A stretch of DNA of 64,000 bases from Blepharisma stoltei ATCC 30299 (Eukaryota > Protista > Ciliophora): the NCBI GenBank assembly GCA_965603825.1, contig CBFDEM010000005.1, positions 124,001 to 188,000 of the forward strand, written 5' to 3'. Under the pieces are notes generated by a model. That model ran no database searches, had not been told where the DNA came from, and worked only from the letters and a program-made list of their open reading frames with translations. Positions 35,419-47,454 of the stretch are shown here, piece by piece. A program made the translations under genes and the position numbers. How positions within the stretch are numbered: the first letter of the stretch is position 1; every line of letters begins with the position of its first letter.

Positions 35419-37692
35419 TTACCCATCATAAGGTCTACCACTTAAGGCTTCTTGTTCTTTTTCTTGCTTGATTTTTGTTTTGATTGCGACCCAGTCTATT
35501 TCTATTTCTCCAAACTGTTTGAATTTCTCAAGGGTTTCTTCTCTTCCGCTTGACTCTAAAAATCTTTTTCTATACCCAATAACAGTATCTATATGTTTTT
35601 TGTTAGCTAAAGCGATATCAAGGGCTCTTTCCCATTTAAATAGCCTTACATTCATTTTGATAGCTCTATAATACAACCTCGCCTGCAGCAAAATCTGCTC
35701 AGCTTCTTGTGGCCTCTTGCAGAATAAAGCCAATTCTGAGTTTCTGCCTACTTCTGAAGGTATTGTTTTGACATAATTGATAAACTGGACTTTATCAACC
35801 TCATCAATAGCTGCCAAAGCAATTTCAGCTGTATTCAGCTCTCTCGCATGAAGTGACATGGCTGCTAAACACGCCCAAAGTGTAGAGTCTTTTACAAACC
35901 TGCAGAGCCGAATAGCTTTTTCCCATTGCCCTCGGTCACAGTTTTCATATAACAGTGCTGGGTAAGGAGAAACTGAAAGAGTCGCAATTCTTCCGTCAAT
36001 TCTTCTGACAGTCACCAAAGACCCTGTAAAACTGTCAATCACACACATTTTGCCGACCTCATTAGAGACGTCTCTGGAGGATCTGGAAAGCTGCAATAAA
36101 TCTTTGCCAACATATACGACGTTAGGGTAGTACCAGACATAAAGTTTGCTGTCAGCAATGGCTGCGAGCATGTCACTTTTTTCGTTTCACCTAAAGGAAT
36201 CGACCATAGAACAAAGCTTGGTCATTTCATTTCTGTGAACTGATGTGAGGAGAAGGTCTCTGTTGTTGTCCATAATACAGAGTTTACGCTCTGCAGCATG
36301 GTCTACTTGGTTAGCTGAGACCTCGAGGATTTCGAGATTATGCTCGATGTTCTGAGATAAAGGCTTGCCTGAGATTAAGTCAAAAAGTCTTAGAAGTTTG
36401 CCATTAGCGGTGTCTACGACTGTTATAATGTCAGTCGAAAGGGATATAGACTTGTTGCTTAAAAATTCAACTCTAAGGCCTTGGAATTTCGGATTGCTCA
36501 TTTGGCGGGCTTCATAATTGTAAATTTGTATTCCATTAACAAGGTCTACTAATGCAAAGTATTTAGATCCTAAGACTATAAGGCTAGCAGGTTCTCTGAT
36601 ATCAAATCTGTTGGGAGTTTGCCAGTTTTGGACGTCATAAATTGAGCATTGAGTTGTGGTTGTGACTACTAGATGTTCGTAGCCTAAAGCGAAATTGATA
36701 ACTCGGTCTCTGAATTCCAGTTCTTCACTGATTTCATGTATGACGTCAACCACATAAATTTTATTGTCTTCTTGAAGTTGGATTTCTACATTCTGCCATG
36801 ATGCCTTTTTATCAACTAAATACCCAAAAACTGTGGCGCCATTCCCGCCTCCTCCTGCAAGCATTGTCCCATCCCAGCTCCAAGCTAAATTCATAATAGA
36901 CCCAGTTTTAGGCTTAACCAAAGAATAGGTCCATCCAGTTTTGTCACAAAGTCTTAGCATATCAAAAGCTCCGACTGCAAATAAATCCCCATTAGGTGAC
37001 CAAGATACAGATGTCATAACATATTCATAAGGAGAAGAGGTAAATAAATTTCTTCCAAAAGTGTCCCAAATTTTATATCTGCAGTCCTCACCTCCTGATA
37101 TGATTAAATTATTTGAAGGATTTCAATCCACTTTTAGTACACAGCCTTCATGAGCTTTCCATTGGACTTGTTTTTGGCCTGCTTGAATGTGCTTTATACA
37201 AATATTCTTATTTGAAGCATAAAGCACTTGATCTGATCCTGGAGATCAAGCAAGGGAAAATATTGATCTATCACTTTGTACAATAGTTGATCTAGGCATC
37301 CCTGTTTTTGCCCAGATTTTTACCTGCCCATCTTCTCCTCCTGTAGCTATTGTGGATGCATCATAGCTCCATTTGATTGTAATTACTGCGCCTCTATGGG
37401 CGTCAGGTACATGTTTTTCGACTCTTCCAGTTTTGCTGACAATTTTAAAAGATCCATCAATACATGCAATTGCAAGGGTTTCTGAGCTGCCTCTGGCAGC
37501 TGGCTGCCAAGAAATATCGCTGACTGGGATGTCGAGTGTGAATGCTGTATTTAGGGGTTCACCATTCATATCCCAAACTACAACGGTATTGTCGTCAGAA
37601 CAAGTGTAGAGCTCATTAGATGAAGTCCAGCCTACTGCAGTGACCATTTCTTTGTGCCGGCTGTTCTCTTGTTGTTTGATTTTCAATCTCAT
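35419..37692 (-). CDS. IFT80: Intraflagellar transport protein 80, about 757 aa
   Basis: MRLKIK...HKEMVTAVGW, WD40 repeats, GGEDGQVKIW, WEKAIRLCRF and HIDTVIGYR. TGA at 37246, 37123 and 36187 all fall at WD40 Trp. Confidence 0.95.
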
Positions 37693-38213
37693 GCCGCCTA
37701 TTTATTATATATGAAACTCTTTATATAAGAAACTGATTATAATCTGCATAATTATTCTTAAAACTGATAAACTTGCCTTGTAGAATATTATTATTGCTGC
37801 CATAGAAAAGCATATGCCACCACGATGAGGCTGAACGTTTCTGCACAATATCTCAAGAAAAGCATGATAAAATCAGAATAATTAGCATAAATTTTATTTA
37901 TTAGAAATAGCCTGTGATAAATCCGTAAAATCAGCTTAAAATGTAGGATGAATATGAAATGAGTTTGACAATTATTGAAAGATATGGCGTAAAAATATGA
38001 AGCCTTGATCATCCAAAAAAATTGTCATTATGCCCAGTAAGCAATAAAAATAGTCAAAGAAAGCTAATTCTAGGACTAAAACCTATTTGGGTTAGGGGAG
38101 AAATGAATTTTACTTTTAGATCTTAGTATTCAAGCATCTGGTTATGAGAAATTGGATCATTTGCAATTAAAATTAGCATTTTAAATAAAATTTACTTAAT
38201 CCGTTGGTGTTAA

Positions 38214-38567
38214 CTAAATAATCGAGCACGTGCACGAGCAGCTGTTATTCTGCACAACTTTTGTCACCCTGGTTTCTTTTACGAACGAGGCACGCTTCTT
38301 ATTCCCTCCCAGTAGTAGAGGCTGCTTTATAGAGCTTCACTTCTTTGGGGATTCTTTTCTTGATGTATTTACTTCACAAGGAGTGAATGGACTTACAATC
38401 TCTGTTTCGTTTTCTTCTTCATTGATCATTACCAAGCTTTCTTTCCCTTTATAAGGATGCTTAGTAAAGACAAATAGATCCATTGGTGAAGAATTCTGAC
38501 TTACCTCAGCACGTTCGGAAACTTCTGAAATGATAGAAAGGTCAGATGAAGCACTGTCAAAGTCCAT
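38214..38567 (-). CDS. Small Ser-rich protein ending in a CaaX box, about 117 aa
   Basis: Reading through TGA 38337 gives ...VVQNNSCSCTCSII-TAG. Confidence 0.65.
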
Positions 38568-38730
38568 TTTAGATACAGTAAAGTATTAAGATACTAAATT
38601 TGTGTCAACAAGCATATTATCACATTAATTTTTATATTTTTTGAAAAGGGATGGAACACATTTTAAGATGATTTACTGAGTTTTAAACAGAATTGTAAAA
38701 AATGATGGTTAAAGTTGCAAATCAAATTAT

Positions 38731-39315
38731 CTATAAATGTTCTAAGAATGTTGGCATTTGTTGTTGCTGGGGCTCCTGCTTAGCAGTCCCAAAAGATTTA
38801 ATAAAAGACCGGATTTTGAGCACATCAGAGCTTTGATCTTTAAAAGGAGAAATCACTGTCTTAAACCTATTCACTCTTCTCTGTGGCAAATCTTCTGTAG
38901 GTTCAGGGCGCCGAGGAGGCTCAGTGCGTTCTGCAAATGACGTTCGCTTCCTATTTTTTATTTTTAAGCTGACTTCAGACTCTTTTCGATCCCCTTCTGG
39001 ATTCTTTTTAATATTTTTCTTCTTCTTTTTCTTCTTTTTGGCTTGCTTTATTTTAATTTCAATAGTTTGCCCATTTGGCAGCTCAATTTCTTGAGGGGAT
39101 AGTGGACTTTTTAATTCACTGGACTTCGAATCATCTGCAATGGGATCGCAAGTTTTATCTAGCTGAGGACTGTCAATTTCTATTTGTTTTTCTATAACAT
39201 TATTTTCAGCTTCAACTTTAGGCTGGCTTTCCCTTCGAGAAAGTTGTATTGTTTCTTTAGCTTCTTTTGAGTCTGATGAAAAACATCTTAAGCATCAATT
39301 ATGAAGAATATTCAT
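38731..39315 (-). CDS. Hypothetical Lys-rich protein, about 194 aa (absent from the ORF track)
   Basis: ATG 39315 MNILHN-W(TGA)-CLRCFSS..., a poly-Lys tract, open to TAG 38731. Confidence 0.65.
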
Positions 39316-39501
39316 ATTAAAAAATTTATGACAGTTTTAAAAAATTACTGAAAGTAAAATCTCAGAAAATGTCGTAGAATTTCCAGTGAAAATGGCTATT
39401 TTACTATAGAAACATCTACTTTTGCTTAGAAAATATTCTGCCTCAAAATCTACGTGAAAACCAAAAGATTTTTGGAAAAGAGTCCATATTTTATAATTTA
39501 A

Positions 39502-40068
39502 ATGCAAACTCGAATGAAAATTATCGTAATCGGCCCTTCAGGGGTTGGGAAAACTGCAATATCAAACTTAATCTCTGGACATTCACAAACCCCTTCTCAA
39601 GTTTATCACCCGACCTCAGGAGTCCGAATTTTAGAACTAGAAAAGGAGCCTCCTCGCGCCAATCGGCAAGCAGGAGAATCCACTATTCAAATTGAGCTGT
39701 GGGATTGCAGCGGAGACCCTCGCTATGAAAAATGTTGGAGTGCCTTCAGAAAAGAAGCTGTCGGAGTCATTTTTGTGTACGACGGAGAAGATCCAAGACC
39801 AGATATGAGCAATTTTGTCGCTAATTTCCCACAAAGGATGGGTTTGCATCCTAGCCAGTGTATTGCGTTTGCTCATTATAAAAATAGCAAGCCAAAAGGA
39901 AATGTTAAACCGCCGAAAGGAATTGAGAGAGTTTCCCTTTATGAAACCTCCATGGATAATACGTCAAATATTCTAATGGCGTTTGATAAGTTATTTGGGA
40001 TGATATACAGTATCATTATGGAGAGCCAAGAAAAGGCAGAGAACCAGATTATTAGTAATAGAGATTAA
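39502..40068 (+). CDS. IFT22: IFT22/RABL5 small GTPase
   Basis: KIIVIGPSGVGKT, YHPTSGVRILE and IELWDCSGDPRYEKCW; no NKxD motif. Confidence 0.9.
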   Translation: MQTRMKIIVIGPSGVGKTAISNLISGHSQTPSQVYHPTSGVRILELEKEPPRANRQAGESTIQIELWDCSGDPRYEKCWSAFRKEAVGVIFVYDGEDPRPDMSNFVANFPQRMGLHPSQCIAFAHYKNSKPKGNVKPPKGIERVSLYETSMDNTSNILMAFDKLFGMIYSIIMESQEKAENQIISNRD

Positions 40069-40116
40069 CCAGATTATTTATAGAAACTGTGTAAATAAGC
40101 GTAAAATTAAATAATT

Positions 40117-41286
40117 TTAATCATCAATTAAAGAAACTTTGGGAAATGGATCGTTTTTGCTTAATACTAAAACTTTTTTCTGTGCGGAAATATAGCCTTT
40201 TATCCATTTTTTGAAAATCAAATTGGCAAGAATGCATTCGACTTCTTCTATTTCAACTTCGCTTACCCCACTTGTTTTTATGGCAGTCACAAAGTAATGA
40301 AGGGAAATTTGTTTCTTTTCTAAAATTTTGTATGTCTTTAAAAACAAATTTCTATATGCAAGAATTTTTAGCGTCTCCATCATAATATAAATCCCTTGCT
40401 GGATAAACTTATCTTGATTTGCATCAAGTGCACTTGCATATCCTCCTATATTTCCTGTTTTTATGCATTTTAATATATCTCCTAGCTCTTGCAGCTTATA
40501 TTTCCTAAGCAAAGCTTCTGTTGGGAATTTCCCTCTGCCCACTTTTACAGGGACTAAATATCTCAAAATAATTCTTTTATTTCTGATATTGTCTTTGTGG
40601 CAATGGTTAAAGGCAAATTCCAAGCATTCTTCAGCTCTTTTGATGTTTTGGTCATATATAGAAAATCTCCCTTCATAATAGTTAAATTCTACTTGTTGGC
40701 ATTTTGGGTAAATTCTTAAAGGAGGAAGCTTTGAGTGCTCACTTGATACAAGACGCAGCAAGGAAGAACAGGTTTGTAAAGTATTTAAGCGAAATAAAGC
40801 TTTAAATGATAAAATCAATGCAAAATAAAGTCCCATAACTTTGGATTCTGGTGGTGGTTGAGAAACTTGGCAAGCTGACAGTAATTTTCGTAATGAGTTG
40901 ACGACTTCATCAAGCTGGGAGCTTCGGACGCCTTCATTAAATAAGAATCTTGAGTATTTTTTGATTATTGGGAGGAACCAAAAGCCTTCGCCATCATCTC
41001 TGAAAATTTTAAGTAGACGATTATAGGCTTCATTCATATGCTTAAATCTATTGATTTTGTGGATTCTTGCCATTAAATGCTCAGTTAAGAATTCTGTCCA
41101 TAGCTCATATGAAGTTTCTGATTCTTGAGAGCCATTTTGAAGAATCTTTGTAATGACTCTAGCGATCTCTTCTTTTTTAGCTGAAGTCTCGTGGATACGC
41201 TCACTAAAGAGCAATTCGCAAAGCCTAGGTGAATTAAAGTCTGCTAATGCAACAAGGAATTCATTTATCCATCTTTGAGTATCCAT
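40117..41286 (-). CDS. PCID2: PCI-domain protein 2 (PCID2/Thp1/CSN12)
   Basis: FNYYEGRF, NKRIILRYLVPV and EVECILANLIFKKWIKGYIS...VLSKNDPFP. Confidence 0.9.
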   Translation of the reverse strand: MDTQRWINEFLVALADFNSPRLCELLFSERIHETSAKKEEIARVITKILQNGSQESETSYELWTEFLTEHLMARIHKINRFKHMNEAYNRLLKIFRDDGEGFWFLPIIKKYSRFLFNEGVRSSQLDEVVNSLRKLLSACQVSQPPPESKVMGLYFALILSFKALFRLNTLQTCSSLLRLVSSEHSKLPPLRIYPKCQQVEFNYYEGRFSIYDQNIKRAEECLEFAFNHCHKDNIRNKRIILRYLVPVKVGRGKFPTEALLRKYKLQELGDILKCIKTGNIGGYASALDANQDKFIQQGIYIMMETLKILAYRNLFLKTYKILEKKQISLHYFVTAIKTSGVSEVEIEEVECILANLIFKKWIKGYISAQKKVLVLSKNDPFPKVSLIDD

Positions 41287-41543
41287 AATATATATCTGAT
41301 TGATAAAATATTCTGAAATAAAACAGTAATGTATTTTTCAATTAATTAATTTTTTGAAATAAATATTCATTATATTAATTATTTATTAGGATTTCTTCAG
41401 GAATCCATTTTCATAATTTTCAAATTTATGTCTCAATTTTAGAAATAGACCCAATAAATTATTTTTTTGCCGCACAGCCAGAAAAAATGATTCCTTATTA
41501 ATTGGTTCAATTAATGGCTTTAATTACTTATCATAAATTTAAA

Positions 41544-42668
41544 ATGGGAGCAGATTGTTCATGCTTAAGAGATGACAATGTTAACAAAGAAGAAATGGAC
41601 ATGAGAAGCAAAGCCAAGCCCACAGTAAACAGACAAGAAGCTGCGAACCCTGAAGATGACATAACAAATGGCAATGCAAGCGCCATCATAGAAGTAAAGA
41701 AAGAACCAGAAGAAAGCCTTGCTATTCATAGCGCTGCAAGAGGATATTTAGTGCGAAAAGAAATCGCAGCTACTAAAAATACTAAAGGATTCGACCCAAC
41801 AAGCAGATATACACTGTTCACTGACCCTTTATCTTCAAAAATAGCCAAAGCCGTTAAAAAAGCAGAAAAGGAATGGGGGAAGTTTGAGCCACAAGCACCT
41901 GAAGATGATGGAGAAAAAATCACTCAGCACCCTGCGTTTGAGCTTGAAGATGGCTCTATTTATGAAGGAGAATGAAATGAACAAGGAGAAAGGCATGGAC
42001 TAGGCACAGAAATTAGTCCCGATGGCGCTAAATATATAGGGTATTTCAAAAATAATGAAAAATCTGGAAATGGGAGACTTATTCAGGCTGATGGAGAAGT
42101 TTATCAAGGAGAATTCAAAAAAGGAAGACCAAATGGAGTAGGAACCATGCAAAAAACTGACGGGTCAAGATATGAAGGAAGCTTCAAAAATGGCGCTTAT
42201 CATGGAAAAGGAAAAGAAGAGTATGATGATGGGGTAAGCTATAAAGGAGAATACAAAAATGGGCAGAAAGATGGAAAAGGAATCATTAATTGGCCAAATG
42301 GAAGCAAGTATGAAGGACAATTTAAAGCTGGCGATATCGAAGGATATGGAGTGTTTGTCTGGGCAGAAGGGAAAAAATATACCGGGAATTGGGTAAATAA
42401 CAAAATGCATGGACAAGGAGCATTTGAATGGCCAGATGGGAGAAAATATGAAGGAGAATATCAAAATGATCTGAAACATGGACATGGTGTTTTAAGTTGG
42501 CCAGACGGAAAAACTTATGACGGAGAGTTCAAAGAAGGAAAACAGGACGGAGAAGGGGTTCTCACATTTGAAAATAAAAATACGAAAAAAACGGAAATAA
42601 GAAGAGGAATTTGGAAGAAAGGAAACAGGGTAGAGTGGATTAAAGATAAAAAGAAATCAAAAGAATAA
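41544..42668 (+). CDS. MORN-repeat protein with an IQ-like motif and an N-terminal acylation signal, about 374 aa
   Basis: MGADCSC start, IHSAARGYLVRK, and many YEGxxxxxxxHGxG repeats. TGA 41973 sits at the YEGE-W position. Confidence 0.9.
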
Positions 42669-42915
42669 TAAGCTAGCTTTTCTTTAAAAAATGACATTTT
42701 GGCTACAATTAATATTTTATTTAGCTTACTTGAATCATTAATTTTAGCCAAATTAAAATATTCAAACCAAATTCATTTTTTTTAAAAATAGATAGGCTTA
42801 ATTAATTTCGATCTATAAATATAAAAATGATATAAAATAGGATGAGTAAGAACCAAATAAATTATTTTTCTTATTCATTTGCTATATTTATTTCTTCAAT
42901 AATAGGAAACCTAAT

Positions 42916-44199
42916 ATGGATGAACTCAAAGAACTCCGTGATAATGCGAAAAACCCTATTTTGAACGTTGAATTGGAGTTTCAACATACATCTACTAACC
43001 CTGAGGTGCTTAAGAAATATTTCCGATCTCTCACTAAATCAAGATCTGTCGAAGACCTTCACGAAAAGATAAAAGAGTCAGTTTATAAACTTAATGCCCT
43101 TGATCTATATAAAGGCTGTGATGTTATAGTCCTCCCTGGAAAAGCTATAGATTCTGCTCTAATCCAGTTTGTATTAAAAGATAAACGATGGTGGAGTCTC
43201 AGCTTTGGAGCAACCGCAGATAATGAAGGCGGAAAAAGTGTCCTATCAGCCCATTTTAGGAATTTAAGAGGTAAAGCAGACTTGACGAATGTAAATGTTG
43301 AATATAAACTGAACACAGGGACTTGGGGCTATGAAATGTTCCATCATGATAGACTTTATATGCCTGGAAAGTGGGAAACTATGTACTCTGTGAAAAAATA
43401 TAGCGATGAGCTTGATCAAAATATTAAAGAGCATGCATATGGAGGAAGCTTTTCACTTAGGTCTTCTGATGGGAAGCATAAGCTGGAAGCTGGAAGATAT
43501 ATCAGGACAAATGAGATTGCTACTGAGTATGCATCGCTACCTTTGCTAAAACAAGAACTGCCTGTTTCAGTAAAAAATTATATTGCTCATACTTATACAA
43601 GAGACCTTAGAGACAACCCATCAGAGCCAAGAACTGGCATCTTATCAACTTTGACTAATGAATTTGCATTTGGAGGAGACGTAAACTTCCACAAAATCGA
43701 CTTCAAAATTCATCACTATTTTCCTATTCTTTCTGATATTGTGTTTCAATCAACATTTGGACTTGGAGCATTTATGCCATGGAGAAATACCAAAACAAGA
43801 ATTAATGACAGATATAGGTCAAGATATATTAAAGGATTTCAAGCAATTGGTACCCGTGAACAGCCAGCTGATCCAGCCATGAGAGGAAAATATGCAATAG
43901 AAGGAGATGACCTAGGAAAATTATCTGTCCTTAATATGGAAGCTAAAATCCATTTTTATAATTCGCCTGTGCTTAGTGGTGTTGGACTGGTTCCGTATAT
44001 TTACGCGAATATGATATGTGAAGAACCTCACAAGTTTACAAATGCAAAAACGTATTTTAAAGAAAAAGCAAGAGGATCGTTTGGAATAGGGCTGGGATGG
44101 GTAGGCGGATTTGGAAGAATTGAATTTTCTTATGCGAGCCATGTTTGGAAAAAGCCAGGAGATGTGTCAGCTGAATTTCAGGTGCTGTTTGGGGAGTAG
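42916..44199 (+). CDS. SAMM50: Sam50/Omp85 mitochondrial outer-membrane beta-barrel
   Basis: POTRA-like N-terminus, RNLRGKAD, IKGFQAIG and a C-terminal SFGIGLGW...GRIEFSY...FQVLFG beta-signal. Confidence 0.8.
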   Translation: MDELKELRDNAKNPILNVELEFQHTSTNPEVLKKYFRSLTKSRSVEDLHEKIKESVYKLNALDLYKGCDVIVLPGKAIDSALIQFVLKDKRWWSLSFGATADNEGGKSVLSAHFRNLRGKADLTNVNVEYKLNTGTWGYEMFHHDRLYMPGKWETMYSVKKYSDELDQNIKEHAYGGSFSLRSSDGKHKLEAGRYIRTNEIATEYASLPLLKQELPVSVKNYIAHTYTRDLRDNPSEPRTGILSTLTNEFAFGGDVNFHKIDFKIHHYFPILSDIVFQSTFGLGAFMPWRNTKTRINDRYRSRYIKGFQAIGTREQPADPAMRGKYAIEGDDLGKLSVLNMEAKIHFYNSPVLSGVGLVPYIYANMICEEPHKFTNAKTYFKEKARGSFGIGLGWVGGFGRIEFSYASHVWKKPGDVSAEFQVLFGE

Positions 44200-44306
44200 T
44201 TAATTAAATATATCTCTAAGAATTTATCAGCAATAATTATGTCTCAAAAACTTTGCGTTCTGAATATTTCCATTTTTTTTGGATATTTTCTTGTAAATTA
44301 AAAATA

Positions 44307-44720
44307 ATGCCAAGACGAAGCGGAGGTAGAAGTTCGAGCGGAGGACGCATGAATTACGGAGGAATGAGGTCTCGTGGGTTCACAAAAACAGCCCCTCCAA
44401 AGAGAACGGCAAAGTCTTTTACTCCTCCACCACGATATGCTCATCAGACACCAGGATTTATGGGAATCTTGATGCAAGGAATGGCCTTTGGAGCGGGAAG
44501 TGAAATAGCCCATCAAGCAGTCCGAGGAATTGGTGGAACTGGGTCTCACGATGTTCATCAGGATTATCAAGGTTCTCAAGCTCCTCAGGAACCAATCGAA
44601 AATCCATGCATTTCACAAAGCCAAACTTTTCTTGAATGCTTGAATAGCCATACAGACAACATTGGACAGTGCCAGAATTCATTAGATTTGTTTAATCAAT
44701 GCAGACAGACTTATCAATAA
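44307..44720 (+). CDS. CHCHD2: CHCHD2/CHCHD10/Mix17-like mitochondrial protein, about 137 aa
   Basis: MPRRSGGRS start, GMAFGAGSEIAHQAV helix and a twin CX9C motif. Confidence 0.88.
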   Translation: MPRRSGGRSSSGGRMNYGGMRSRGFTKTAPPKRTAKSFTPPPRYAHQTPGFMGILMQGMAFGAGSEIAHQAVRGIGGTGSHDVHQDYQGSQAPQEPIENPCISQSQTFLECLNSHTDNIGQCQNSLDLFNQCRQTYQ

Positions 44721-44820
44721 ATATTTTATTTGCGATTGTAAATTTCCCATATTTATTTATTTTCGATTTATTAATTAAAAGCCCTGGATTCTAATAAACC
44801 ATATTAAATTATTTAGCTTA

Positions 44821-47235
44821 TTATTTTTGATTCTCTTCTTCTTTTTGCTTTCGTCTGCTTTTCACTCCTGTACTCAAAGCTTTAGTTCTAGACAGCGACA
44901 GCACTTCTTTCAAGTTAATAATTTGGCAGTTAATAATAATAATTCTCCAAACAGCAAAAACAAGTTGATAAATAATGATATACCCAATAGGAACAATATA
45001 AAAGGCATCATACTTAGTTGGTCAATCACCCAACACAAGTCTAATGATCCCCAAAAACGCGTAGTCAACTCTTGAAAAAGTCATATCCCATGGCCCCAAC
45101 ATATAGAAATAAAGTACAGTAAACCCTATTATAGGAGTACATACACAGAAAAACAGGAAAACACAGATTTCGATCATTGCTCTTTTTACCATGTTATACA
45201 TCAGGGTTAATCTTCTACTATAAAATACTCCATATCTCAGCAAAGTTAGAGCTAAAGTAACAATGATTATGCTTGTTGCGTTTTCAATTGCTTGGAACTC
45301 ATATCCTATTTTAATCAAATTTGTATAGGTTGATGTGTCTATATCAATACCTGGCTTATAAGCTGAAGAATATCATATTAGTTTAGTTATTTCCATAATC
45401 CAAGCACACACTAATACTACGAATACAAATATTTCAGTCCCATTAGGCTTTCTAAGCCTCTTATAAAACGGTTTTTTATTATTTTCTATCAAGAGCTCGT
45501 TCAGCTCTTTGAAATTTACATCAGATTCTTCATTCGTCAAAAACTTTTTGGCCATATATTTGTAAAAAATCCTTGGGAGAAAAAGCCTTCTAATCTCAAA
45601 AATCGTGGCAAAAAACAGTAAAATAAAAATAAATACATGATAATAAATCAAGTCGTCTTTATAAAGCTCATAATTTATGGTATAAATTTGGAAATTCGTA
45701 AAATAGTTGCCGACTCTGTCAATTTCCACAAATGGCATTACAGTTGTAAGTAAACCAAGATCGACGTTAGCTAGATTAAAAGTGAGGAAAACCGCGCGGG
45801 TGCCTGGATCAATTCATTTATTAGCAATAAGCCGCTGTTTTTTCAAAGACCAGTCTGTAAAGTTTGTAGGGTCAAGATAAGCAGAAAACCCATCAAGATT
45901 ATAAGACGAAATGCTCCCATATATGATAAAATCGTTATTAGACGTTTTATATTTGAAGCCATCATATGTGCCATAATCAGTTTTATCTGCATCATCTAGA
46001 GAAAAGCTATCAGCGCACGTGTAATTTTTAATTAAATCCTCTTCACATTGGTGTACTTTTGACCTGACTTGTCGAAATTCTACATATCCTATCATTTTTA
46101 TATTATCGCTAACAGTCCCATAGTCTCTTTCTTCAGCAATATTATTAGCAAATACAATTTGTTCAATCCAATAAACGTAGTCTCAGAACGTTACTTCGTC
46201 CAAAATCATTACATAAGGGTCAGTGCTAGAAGAAGTCTCCATATGCATAGAATATACGTCATACCTGAAATCAAAATCCCACAAAAATTTCTGCTCAATT
46301 AAATGGTTCATTCATACAGCTTTTTTCGCAAGCGTTTCTGCAGGCATCATAAATGATCATAACAAAAACAAAGTTAAAGAAAATATTGACTGTAATATGC
46401 TGATTATTGTATATGTGCGTTGTTTTTTCTTTATTTCTTTGCCGTGGTCGATTGGCTCCTGGCCTTTTTTTCGTTTTTTGTCGTTGATGGTTTGTTCGTC
46501 GTCTGAAACTTTGAGCTCATCAGCTGAGTTTCTGTCTGTTCTCATGTGAGTTTTAGGTAGCAATTCTTCAACTTTGTCTTCGAGGGATTGGTATTTTCTG
46601 AGAATCAAATAAAGGACCAAGTTATTTTTACATTTCATATGGTTTCATGGGTAAATTTCATCCATTACGAACTGCTCGCCTAAAAAAATTGGAGGGTTTG
46701 GGAAATTAATATCATCAGGCTTGATATCAGTGAAAAAAATATCGTCAATTGGCACAGATCAATAGCTGCTGACTCTTTCTCTTAGAAGATTAAACGTAGT
46801 TGTATAGTTTACAAAAAATGATACTCTTTGTCCTTCGAATTCTACATCAACTGATGCTAGATTTTCTTTGAATTTAGCATAGCCATTTTCAATTTCATAT
46901 TTAGAGGAATAATAATTGAACATTTCAGTAATCACTTCGTTGAATTTCATGTTATAAGCTTCTTGTTCGGTATCATTTAATAATGAAGGGCCTGCTTTTT
47001 TGTTCTCTTCTGCTTTTTGAGCATTTAATTTGCTAGCAGCTTGGTGGATTTGGTCTTTGATTTTTTCAAGTTCCTATATGGGTAGTACTCTCTTTTTCCT
47101 TCTGATATTGTCACGGAGCTCTTTGCCCTTGTCTATTATTTGTTCGATTTCTTCTTTTGCCTGCTCTATCTGGTCTCCGAGCTGCACAGCAACATTTTTG
47201 GCTTGAGTTTCATCTATTTCTGGCTCTATATCCAT
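44821..47235 (-). CDS. Polycystin-2/TRPP-like cation channel, about 799 aa
   Basis: Five fragment ORFs are joined by about 8 TGAs and a 15-nt intron. TOP-domain motifs MIGYVEFRQVR and W(TGA)IDPGTRAVFLTF, six TM segments, pore-like RLVLGD, TAA 44821. Confidence 0.8.
47074..47088 (-). other. 15-nt intron
   Basis: Minus strand gtactacccatatag; phase 0, ending in an in-frame TAG. Confidence 0.8.
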
Positions 47236-47454
47236 AATATATTTTAATAACAGCTAACTCTATCTAAAAATTCATATGAAACAATTTTTTTGCATTCTGC
47301 AATCATCAAAAAATTGGTTTTTAATTCAGCTAATAACTCAAAATTAATTATTTTGAAATTATCATAAAGGCATATATAATTAATTTTTATCATAAAGAAA
47401 TAAGTATAACTCCAAAATATCCCACAACTACAATAATTAATTAAAACATCAATT

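Noticed and set aside
38081-38100. gggttagggg as a telomeric repeat
   Set aside because: Single degenerate unit, not an array.
37750-38160. Hydrophobic minus-strand ORF fragments upstream of IFT80
   Set aside because: Stops in all frames and no canonical tiny introns to join them. It could be a relic but is unsupported.
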